A stretch of DNA of 64,000 nt, from IMG/VR virus record IMGVR_UViG_3300020158_000005, positions 1-64,000 of that record. One strand, given 5' to 3'. Source of the DNA: a virus (Duplodnaviria > Heunggongvirae > Uroviricota > Caudoviricetes). The position numbers and the translations under genes were made by a program. How positions within the stretch are numbered: the stretch's first letter is position 1; the number at the start of each line of letters is the position of its first letter. This document shows, one piece after another, positions 52,201 through 59,413 of this stretch. The notes below the pieces were generated by a model. The model saw only the letters and a program-made list of their open reading frames with translations, had not been told where the DNA came from and did no database searches.

Positions 52201-55200
52201 TCTTTCTTTTGCTAAGAAAGGTATTATGGATGTGGATTATGTATCTACGGATAAGTTTGGTACATTTGAAACAAGAGAAAAGATTAATGCTGTAGAGGAA
52301 AAAGACATGATTGAGCACATGACTTCTCAAGCTTTCCAATATTTATTTGGAGAGAATAAAAGTTTGTTCAATAGTCAGAAAATCAAGAGAGAAGAGTTCT
52401 ATGATAATATTTATAAATATGTATTAGGAACCTTAATCTCTTCTCCTTATAAAAAGATTACAGAGTTACATAATAATGGTAAACTTACTGATAGTCAATT
52501 TGAGTATGAAACAGCTAAGTTAGATAGACTGTATGAGAAAATTAGTACAAACTGGATAGAAATAGAAGCTAGACATGAAATGTACATGAAAACATTCTCA
52601 TTAGAGTTTGATGAAAATGATGAGATAGTTAATACAGATGAGAATAAAACTGGTAGAGAAACTGGTCAAAATGCTATGCATGTAGACCATATTAGAAAAT
52701 CTAATCATGCTATTAAATTATTATTTGCATCTTTATACGAAGTAACTGCTACATCTCCTAAATATGATGAAGCTTTAGCTACAGTACAACCTGCTAGTTC
52801 TTCTATAGGTGGAGATATTTTATTGTCCTTTGGAAAGAGCTTTGTTCAAACATTGAATGCACTATCCAATAGTGCTAAGTTTGAGGATATGATAAAGAAC
52901 CTAGTGAGTTTAGCTAGGAATAACACCAACTATGTAAATTTATTCCAAAGAATAGGTGGAAGTAGAGTGTCAGGTAAAATACAATGGGATAAGTTAGATG
53001 TGCATGATTTAAGATTGTTAATGGCTTTCTTCAAATCATTCTCTAAACAACAACCAGAAGTTATTAACCACTACATTGGAGAAGATGGAAGCGGATATAT
53101 AGGAAGCGGTAATATAGCAAACGCTACAGAACAGCTTGCAGAGAGATATGAGCAAAATCTTATTAAAGCAGTGAAAAAATCTTCTTTATTCAACTTCTTT
53201 GATAAAAAAGGGTATGCTGTTAATAAAACTGCTCTTAAGCAATGGAACATTGAAAAAGAAGAAAACAAACTTAGATTCTTAAAAGAACTTGGATTAGAAA
53301 TAGAGTTTAATAAGCTTAGTAAGGAAGATAAAGCTATTGTAAGTAATGCCGTAAAAGGTATTTATACAGCTCTTACAAAATCTAATTTAGTAGTAGCTAT
53401 TAATGGTAAAACCTTTGATTTAGAAGGTAGACTAAATGAAATAGCTGCCACTCAAGCTAGATTTAATAGTGAGGGTAGTGATAGTGTATTCTTTAATATT
53501 AATGGAGAATTACAACAAACTTTCGTAGATAAAAACTATGCTTCTAAATTTGCAGAGGTATTAAATAGTTTAAAAAATAGAGACGAGTTACAAAATACTA
53601 ACTTCTCCTATTTAATGGATTATGAAAAAGGTGGGGATGTATTCAGTAGAAATTCTATTGTTATTAATAGAATGTATAATACAAGAGGTGAGAGAGTAGG
53701 TAAAGTGAGAGTGGGTTATGTTAATGGTACAGTGAATAATGATAATGGTAAACGTACCACAACAGATAGACTTACAAAAGGTAGTAGGTTATTACAACAA
53801 ATTAATCTACAATTAAATGGTTGGTATTATACATTATTACCTGCAGATAGTAGTACAGAATGGATGATGTATTTAGGTAAATTAGTTTCTCTGGCAGATA
53901 CTCGTAGTACTTCTGGTGCTGTAGTGCATGATATTTTTAGAGGATATTTACAAGATGAAATAGATTTAGCTAAAGAGAATAGAAAAACAGCTTTAGCTGT
54001 AGCCCCAAGAGCAAACGAATTACGTTTCTTTAAAGCTATTCTTGGAGAAGAAATGTCTAAAAAAGCTGTAGAAGCTGAAGGTGATTTTTATGCAGATAAT
54101 AAAGAAGCTATTGATAAAAAAGTAGATGCCTTCATAGAATCTGTTTCTAAGAACATGCAAGAAGAGCTGTTGAAATATGGAATGATTACTCTTAATACAA
54201 AAGGTACTTTTGATTTCCAATCTTTAGATACAAGTAAATTAGACAATTTCAATAAGAATGGATTTAAGCAAGATGGTTTTGATGCCCTTACGAAATTCTT
54301 AGCTACTAACTATGTTATAGCTAATACAGAAATGTTTAAAACTGTATTTGGAGACCCTTATGAATATAAAGACCCTGTTAAGAGGTTTAAATCTTTCATG
54401 TCCCCTGCAGAAACTACTGTATCAACTAGCCCAGAAATAAACAATCTGCTTAATCAGAAATATAATGTAGGGTTAAAACCTACAGATATTGGCTACAGAA
54501 CCTTTACAGAGAGAGTAAAAACAATAGCATTTAGTGATGTGGAAGTATCCACACCATTATATGAAGATGGATTTGTAGAACCAGATGCTCAAGGTTTAAT
54601 TACAGATGAGGCTAATAGAGAGTTTAGATTAAAATCTAGCTTATGGGAAGATAGTGACGAGTCACAATATCAATATGATAAAGCTTGGGAAAGAAACCAA
54701 AAAGCTGGTAAAAACGAGAAATTTAAAGAGTCTACAGAAAAATATGTTTATACAGACGAAAAATTAGAAAAGAAAGATGAGGAAATCCTTAAGAAAGGTA
54801 ACCCATCTGTCACTACTTCTAATTACATCCTTAAACCTATTGTGAGGGGTAATAAATATGCTAGTAATATTAACTCAGTAATGATTGATAAGTTTTCTCT
54901 AGCACCTATTTCTTATAGGTCTTTAATGGAATTTGCTCCTTCATCTAACATGCTTAAGCTGTATGATAAGATGAAAAAAGAGGGTATTGATTATGCAGTA
55001 TTTGAATCAGGACGTAAGGTAGGTAATGAAGGAAATAATAATCCTTATAAAATAGATGACAAAGGAAATGTTACATTAAATGATGCTAAATTCCATAGTG
55101 TTGTAGATGTACCTTTTGAGAATTTCTCTATTCAAGTACAAACTGTACCACACGAAGAAAACTCACAACCTATTGGTACTCAGCTTACTAAACTTGCCAC

Positions 55201-58200
55201 TTTAAATTTAATGCAAGTTGGTGTTCCTATTGATTTTAAAGGTACACAAGAAGAATGGGGTAAATTAGATAAGAAAGGAAGATTAAAAGCTTCTAAGTTA
55301 TATGAAGAAATAAAACACAACCAGGATTTATTAGAATCTCTAATGAAGCATGGATATAACGTTTTATTAAGAAAATTTGGCATTACTGATAATGGTAAGA
55401 ATTTCTCTAGGGAACAAGTAGCTGAGGTGTTGAGAAGTGAGTTATTCAAAAGAGATGTTAATGATAATATCATTAAAAGCTTAGATTACTTTGCTAAAGG
55501 AGAGATTGCTTTAGAAAGCACTCCTATTTATCAACAATTGAAGAATGCGTTATATTCTATAGTAGATAAAAACATTGCTTCTCAGAAAGTAAATGGTGGT
55601 CCTAAAGTACAAATGGCTTCTACATTCTTTGAGCAAAATAGAATTGTTAAGAAAACAATAAAAGGAAAACCTGTCTACAGTAGTACAGATTTAAAATTCT
55701 ATGAAGATGCTCCAGGAAAGAGATACATGGAAGTATATATTTCTTCTTCTTACATTAGACAACAATTTGGAGAAAATCATCCTGTACAGAAAATGACAGA
55801 TGAGGAATTATTTGAAAAACTCTCTTCTGAAGAATTAGGTGGTATTGGTTTCCGTATTCCTACACAGAATACAAACTCTTCTGATGTATTTATTATTAAA
55901 AAATTCTTACCTAGAGAAATGGGAGACACTGTAGTGGTTCCTTCTGAACTAGTTAAGAAAGTAGGTAGTGACTTTGACATTGATAAATTGAATACATATT
56001 TAAAGAATGTGTATTATGACGGAAAGAATTTCAAAGCTATTCCTTTCTTAGGTATGAATAAGGAAGATTATGCTGATTTTGCTAAAGAAAACTATGATAG
56101 AAAAGACGACAAAGATGCTGAGAAATTAGAGAGTGATTTAGATATGGTGTATAAAAAGGCTTTACAGAACGAATATTTCCGTTCTTTAGAAAGACTTTTG
56201 TCTAATGAATTAAACTTCAAAAACCTTACTACTCCTAATGATGCCTCTGAATTAAAGAAAATAGCTGATGATATTGTTAAATTAAGAGGTTTAGAAACAG
56301 AGAATAGTGATATTGTAAATATGCTTAACCCTATTTACATGAATAGTGTAAGACATGACTTCGTTATAGGTAAATATGCAGTGGGTATTGCAGCTATGAA
56401 CCAAACAAACCAAGCTCAAAATCAACGTTCTCTCACATATTTAGACTTAGATAAAATATCTACTATCCCAGAAGATATGTCTGATTTTTTAGGTGACGGT
56501 AAAATACTACTAGACCATAACACTAGAGAAGTAGAAGTAGGGGGAGTGAAAAAAATGGTTACATCTCTTTCTGAAATATATGATAAGGCAGGAAATGTTA
56601 TATCTAACTGGTTATCAATGTATGTGGATGGATATGTGGACGTAGCTAAAGGTGCTTGGATTATTAACTTAGGTGCTACACCTAACGTTGCTGCTACATT
56701 TATGTTCTTACATAAAATAGGGGTTAAACCTAAAACAGTAGCTTATTTCATGAACCAACCTATCATTGCAGACTATTTAGCTACATTAGATAAAGCTGGT
56801 TATTCCTGGTTATTTATACAAGATTTCGTTGATAATTTAGTAGAGGGTAAATATGCTTCAAATACTAAAGCTCCTGCTACTATAGATGAAAGTAAATTGA
56901 GAGATACTATAGGTAAGAAAGAATTAACAGATAGTGAAAAAGCAGAACAACAATTAATTCTTAATGAATTCTTGAAGTATGCTAAGATGGCTCAACATTT
57001 ATTTCATGTTACACAAGGAAGTAACTATGATACTTATTCTTTTAATGACCCTTATTTGTTATTTAAAAAAGAAGCACAGTTAAATAAAGCTAGAAATACT
57101 ATTATTTATTCTGTAGATAACATATTGAATGATAGTTTTGTAGGGGAAGTTAAGAATAAAATGGAACAAGCTAGAAATAGTGTTGGTGTATTATTTGCTA
57201 CAGAAAGCAATAAAATAAGAAATATTATTCAATCTGTTCTTTATGACTACACTGATTTAAATGACAAAGAGTTCATTAAAGTGTCTAAAAACGTAGTGCA
57301 CTCTTTTATAGATTACACTATTCAAACTGTTTCTAGATTAAATGGTAGAATAGAAGACTTAATGATAGGGGATAAAAATCTTCCTTCTAAAGTAAGAAAT
57401 CTAATAGATAGCTTACCAAAAGATGCGGAATTAAGAAGTAATCCAGTAATTAAATCTATCCTTACATTAGAAAGTCAAAGGAATGGTAAAACAAACAACC
57501 TTAAACTTACTACTAAGAATGCTGAAATCTACCAACAAAATACAATAATTAAAGCTTTCCAAGAGTTAAAAGAGAATGCTTTATTTAAAGACATTTACCC
57601 AGATTTATTAAGGGTGTCTTTATTACAAGGTATTGGTAATTCTCCTATATCATTCACACAATTCCTTCCTGTAGAAGATTTAGTAAATGCAATACAACCT
57701 ATCATAAATCAATTAGAAGTATTGCCTAATCTAGATGCATTTGCTACATTGCACATGTTTGAAAGAAACAATTGGGCTGATAGTAGTATTGTACCTTCTA
57801 TGAAACAATGGAAACGTAACGATAGGGGTGTTCTTAAAATTTATTCTAAAGTGAAGCCATTAGAAGCTATTAGAGCTAAAGGTGGTAATGTAATTGGTAT
57901 TGATAGTAAGTCTAGAATTTCACAAGGAGATATTATTGTGATTTCCCATAATAAAGAGGGGTATACACAAGACCAAATTAATGAAATGCGTAAAGTGGGT
58001 GACTACTCTTATATAAATAAAGGTTTATATCAAAAGGTATATTCTAAACCTGGACAAGAATTATTCTCTTCATATAGTTTTGAGGATAAAACTACAGGTA
58101 AAATGGTAAATGGACGTACTCTTTATTATAGACAAATAAACGCTTTAGGTGATAGCTATCGCCTACAGGAGTATTATGCTAATCCGAGGCAATCAGTGGT

Positions 58201-59413
58201 AGATAATGGATTTACTCCTATAAAAGACGAACTTTCAGATAGTATTGTTACAAGTTTAATAAATCCTTATTTATCTAAACAAAATAACGTACCTTCGCAA
58301 GGTATGAATACTAAAGCTGGGACTATATCTTTTCAAGAAGATAACACAACTGGATATAAAGAACGTACTATTAAAAATGCTTCTGCTGATGCTACTATAG
58401 CTATAGCTCATGATTTTAATAGTGCAGGAGAAAAGCTTACTAAATCTTCTGTATTAGAACAAAACAAGAAATATTTACCTGTTTCTACAGATGTATTTGC
58501 TTCAAAAAGTAGTGTTGAATTAGCAGCAGCTAAGATAGCTCAAGAGTTAAATAGACTTCCTAACAATGAGATTTCTTTAAATATTGCAGGTAATGGTATT
58601 TATACATTAAAAGAAACACTTACTCAGTCTGCTGCAGATAATTATACATTAGAACTATTACAAGAGGTTCAAAAAAGATTAGCTCCTGGAAAGAAAATAG
58701 CTTCTATTAGAACAGGTGGTCAAACAGGATTTGATGAAGCAGGTGCAAAAGCTGGATTAAAATTAGGAATTCCTACTACTATATTAGCCCCAAAAGGATG
58801 GAAATTTAGGGATATTACAGGAGCAGATATTTCTAATGAGCAGCAGTTTAAAGCTAGATTTCAAGCTAAAACTACTACTGTAACTAACACTGTAAGTACT
58901 ACAAAGATTAATATATATGCTGGTACAGGAGAAAATGCTGAATTAAGTAACTTTGCCAACAGACCATTTGATTATAATACTAAAACTTTTCCAAGAGAAA
59001 ATATTAATTTTAAATCTGTAGAACAAGCTTTTCAATTTATGAAACTAGCTTATTCTCCAAGTAGTATAAAAAATGAAAACATTGCTAATAAAATTCTTCA
59101 AACAACAAGTGGTTCAGAGTTAAGAAATTTAGGCAAATCCTTTGATTTAAAAAAAGATGGTTCTTGGGATAAAAACTCTTCAAGGATAATGAAAGAGTTA
59201 TTAAAAGCTTCTTTTGAACAAAACCCAAAAGCTCTTAGAACTTTGTTAGAAACAGGAAATGCTGAACTTACTCACACACAAGACAGAGGTAAATGGGGAA
59301 CAGAGTTTCCTAGGTTATTAATGGAAGTAAGAAACGAATTAGCAAATAACAAAACTACTAAACCAGAAGGATTACCAGGGATTAAAGATAATAACAAAAA
59401 TAACTGCGGATAA
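46202..59413 (+). CDS. giant 4403-aa multidomain virion/cargo protein: zincin HExxH, candidate RNAP beta-barrel motifs, C-terminal SLOG-like + NADAR domains
   Basis: uninterrupted 13.2-kb ORF; HEVFH at 51860-51874; GRKVGNEG at about 55009-55032; DFDID at 55970-55984; GGQTGFDEAGAKAG at about 58715-58760; NADAR-like region 58909-59345. Confidence 0.8.
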   Translation: MPEKETLVNIPGVGPFMPRTPFVQSPLDDVIPGGKATVSLNDVFANAMNQTKASGAESITPNRFYQGNQLNTSRPDTDWMEGAAQQQSSADKIANGVLKMVGTAGTTFVSGTVGLIHGIGAALVDQRFSSLYDNGTTRLMQKASNAMEDAAPNLYTHAEQDAAWYSPKNLFTANFLGDKLLKNMGFSLGAMGAGMAWSSVLQSIGVVNKLIQAGKGMEAITATEEAMSSVPKLQKYNAFSNKLAELADTYLKPIGASAAKNADRILTSAMGTFSEAGMEGMQSMNKFRNDAIQDYRNKYGVDPTGSDLEDINNYAYKIGNYTFGMNTLLLTGTNYIQLPKMLGSSRKIDKALINDVEKDAATGVWKQAIPKTAFGRFASKAYNVAGLVFAPAEAFEEGMQNAIQTGTQDYFNQAYKNHDKARNILENTYGAMKGVFGTGIEQTLNSKDGLESILIGGLSGGLQQAGIIGSYRNEKGQTRVGFFKSGEIGERGVFGTGGERAENTTAALARLNKMTAQDALKSAVKYMAIGIGSQEKRQQAIQNNDVLSEKDYEHDYALSYVMPRVLYGKEDSIHTELDGYKAQAATTVGFQELQNAGIAHPEETNIQFIQRIDSLKQLTKDITDIHEKVSDRYSDYRDKEGNKLFEEPAIEKMVYAAAKIKNYEERYNNLLPKLGGVNTYEALTDIIDKGVPNKEATKQALEDIENLKVNGFPATEEKKNEVKSDFEDLVELALRRKHFVDEYNSIKNTPEKWNDKHTIKTPPSAGVLKKEDVVKITTKDGEEELKTNTNYIAGAKEIKTMEGVTIPGFMSFRLLGEDKDGNIQILMPDGKKHTISKAAFAEYKLGETNKLSPNARVYIANADKKFHYQLKGGKSIEGRIEFNKKTGELEFHSLETKKDGTPKNIIKITRDQLVAKEGYSKAQIYSDEKFTPETEALLQEKQTEEEKKIADNLAAKIEERRRIIKEVADETKESLDRIQEKILSKKEELAKINEEIKELAKFSKKDRVGGNTIITNFNKLLSTNMKALSRLTNLKVNLEKEIEFLEGNKETIETNLSYFEDLQDNLKELPENSKEFLAEFKDQIDNLESMSLQIGSEINSINKLIKSIENTLKDLAKLLKSSFEKFNKDYPHYIKTSFDRMIGTGVSVPEFQSIKEYIADYSLIEDTKKQISVDSAMLEPLEKEVEDLYKQLGELDKEITAKTVIYNKFKAIADKYTKEQKELEALQKSEEYKQLLFKSYKDVQHGENQVSTVKEFEEPLKADNIIYASTSVPSKEEDLKPHHKRANYFGSIFSTLTNKNSIKGILITENMGPQFAAIIKLTQGDYVVKGEDDAFILNVFVAENKDGGFDYINEKGESIGAFGSEIDPNLLVFQTLTSAKSETSGGYTKGRATSTQEELDAYQEQYKQFRAKLLSDAGMEGRVQNVSPSFGHVKEIYKTDEPQPVSNIVSEEQLATEPLITISTNEDGRVENAFQSIKVPKGVPVLNTGNYITPLNNRKLIEKEKKTLLSILTSLASMSKEDLSGETAMKLFSFLRGVVYWGIPTNEAGRNSIWFANGYLHFGNNEARVPFTADGLKEYSGLVNTFLNEMYANTNNAYLKQNEPFFEIQEVDSKGVVTKEQRWNTYQEYLLSDKTPEGEKRNAEEIPLTTKIPSSTLEDGNTTRQGIYFVMESLESSYVKPEAKAPVVEATTQAPTAPAVKSPLLKQGFTSGGTSELVSFADVMADLAKRPTTPTETKPVEAAPKPAETGKDELATQKMNFQIGIINLDPSLSPSQKEAKIQEVKNKYLGEVKEAQAQGKPTGAAALIAEKFAPIDRNAQTRIVTSTSVKTEEWNKVEKWLAKNFSGVPVIRVKNMIQLANNTQAYGLFADGAIYLYENAELGTVYHEVFHGVMFHFASAEEKEALLKEFQNRKGTFTPRGKEFAVEYNKATFKQMEEALAEEFREYVLKQTSVLGKIGNFFKDLYNFIFNHAQNPSKTQELFKSINNGGFRYFVPGLESLSFAKKGIMDVDYVSTDKFGTFETREKINAVEEKDMIEHMTSQAFQYLFGENKSLFNSQKIKREEFYDNIYKYVLGTLISSPYKKITELHNNGKLTDSQFEYETAKLDRLYEKISTNWIEIEARHEMYMKTFSLEFDENDEIVNTDENKTGRETGQNAMHVDHIRKSNHAIKLLFASLYEVTATSPKYDEALATVQPASSSIGGDILLSFGKSFVQTLNALSNSAKFEDMIKNLVSLARNNTNYVNLFQRIGGSRVSGKIQWDKLDVHDLRLLMAFFKSFSKQQPEVINHYIGEDGSGYIGSGNIANATEQLAERYEQNLIKAVKKSSLFNFFDKKGYAVNKTALKQWNIEKEENKLRFLKELGLEIEFNKLSKEDKAIVSNAVKGIYTALTKSNLVVAINGKTFDLEGRLNEIAATQARFNSEGSDSVFFNINGELQQTFVDKNYASKFAEVLNSLKNRDELQNTNFSYLMDYEKGGDVFSRNSIVINRMYNTRGERVGKVRVGYVNGTVNNDNGKRTTTDRLTKGSRLLQQINLQLNGWYYTLLPADSSTEWMMYLGKLVSLADTRSTSGAVVHDIFRGYLQDEIDLAKENRKTALAVAPRANELRFFKAILGEEMSKKAVEAEGDFYADNKEAIDKKVDAFIESVSKNMQEELLKYGMITLNTKGTFDFQSLDTSKLDNFNKNGFKQDGFDALTKFLATNYVIANTEMFKTVFGDPYEYKDPVKRFKSFMSPAETTVSTSPEINNLLNQKYNVGLKPTDIGYRTFTERVKTIAFSDVEVSTPLYEDGFVEPDAQGLITDEANREFRLKSSLWEDSDESQYQYDKAWERNQKAGKNEKFKESTEKYVYTDEKLEKKDEEILKKGNPSVTTSNYILKPIVRGNKYASNINSVMIDKFSLAPISYRSLMEFAPSSNMLKLYDKMKKEGIDYAVFESGRKVGNEGNNNPYKIDDKGNVTLNDAKFHSVVDVPFENFSIQVQTVPHEENSQPIGTQLTKLATLNLMQVGVPIDFKGTQEEWGKLDKKGRLKASKLYEEIKHNQDLLESLMKHGYNVLLRKFGITDNGKNFSREQVAEVLRSELFKRDVNDNIIKSLDYFAKGEIALESTPIYQQLKNALYSIVDKNIASQKVNGGPKVQMASTFFEQNRIVKKTIKGKPVYSSTDLKFYEDAPGKRYMEVYISSSYIRQQFGENHPVQKMTDEELFEKLSSEELGGIGFRIPTQNTNSSDVFIIKKFLPREMGDTVVVPSELVKKVGSDFDIDKLNTYLKNVYYDGKNFKAIPFLGMNKEDYADFAKENYDRKDDKDAEKLESDLDMVYKKALQNEYFRSLERLLSNELNFKNLTTPNDASELKKIADDIVKLRGLETENSDIVNMLNPIYMNSVRHDFVIGKYAVGIAAMNQTNQAQNQRSLTYLDLDKISTIPEDMSDFLGDGKILLDHNTREVEVGGVKKMVTSLSEIYDKAGNVISNWLSMYVDGYVDVAKGAWIINLGATPNVAATFMFLHKIGVKPKTVAYFMNQPIIADYLATLDKAGYSWLFIQDFVDNLVEGKYASNTKAPATIDESKLRDTIGKKELTDSEKAEQQLILNEFLKYAKMAQHLFHVTQGSNYDTYSFNDPYLLFKKEAQLNKARNTIIYSVDNILNDSFVGEVKNKMEQARNSVGVLFATESNKIRNIIQSVLYDYTDLNDKEFIKVSKNVVHSFIDYTIQTVSRLNGRIEDLMIGDKNLPSKVRNLIDSLPKDAELRSNPVIKSILTLESQRNGKTNNLKLTTKNAEIYQQNTIIKAFQELKENALFKDIYPDLLRVSLLQGIGNSPISFTQFLPVEDLVNAIQPIINQLEVLPNLDAFATLHMFERNNWADSSIVPSMKQWKRNDRGVLKIYSKVKPLEAIRAKGGNVIGIDSKSRISQGDIIVISHNKEGYTQDQINEMRKVGDYSYINKGLYQKVYSKPGQELFSSYSFEDKTTGKMVNGRTLYYRQINALGDSYRLQEYYANPRQSVVDNGFTPIKDELSDSIVTSLINPYLSKQNNVPSQGMNTKAGTISFQEDNTTGYKERTIKNASADATIAIAHDFNSAGEKLTKSSVLEQNKKYLPVSTDVFASKSSVELAAAKIAQELNRLPNNEISLNIAGNGIYTLKETLTQSAADNYTLELLQEVQKRLAPGKKIASIRTGGQTGFDEAGAKAGLKLGIPTTILAPKGWKFRDITGADISNEQQFKARFQAKTTTVTNTVSTTKINIYAGTGENAELSNFANRPFDYNTKTFPRENINFKSVEQAFQFMKLAYSPSSIKNENIANKILQTTSGSELRNLGKSFDLKKDGSWDKNSSRIMKELLKASFEQNPKALRTLLETGNAELTHTQDRGKWGTEFPRLLMEVRNELANNKTTKPEGLPGIKDNNKNNCG

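Noticed and set aside
48238-55980. Numerous 60-100-aa minus-strand ORFs inside the giant gene
   Set aside because: They are embedded antisense in a continuous 13-kb ORF with clear domain motifs. AT-rich antisense frames are commonly open by chance.
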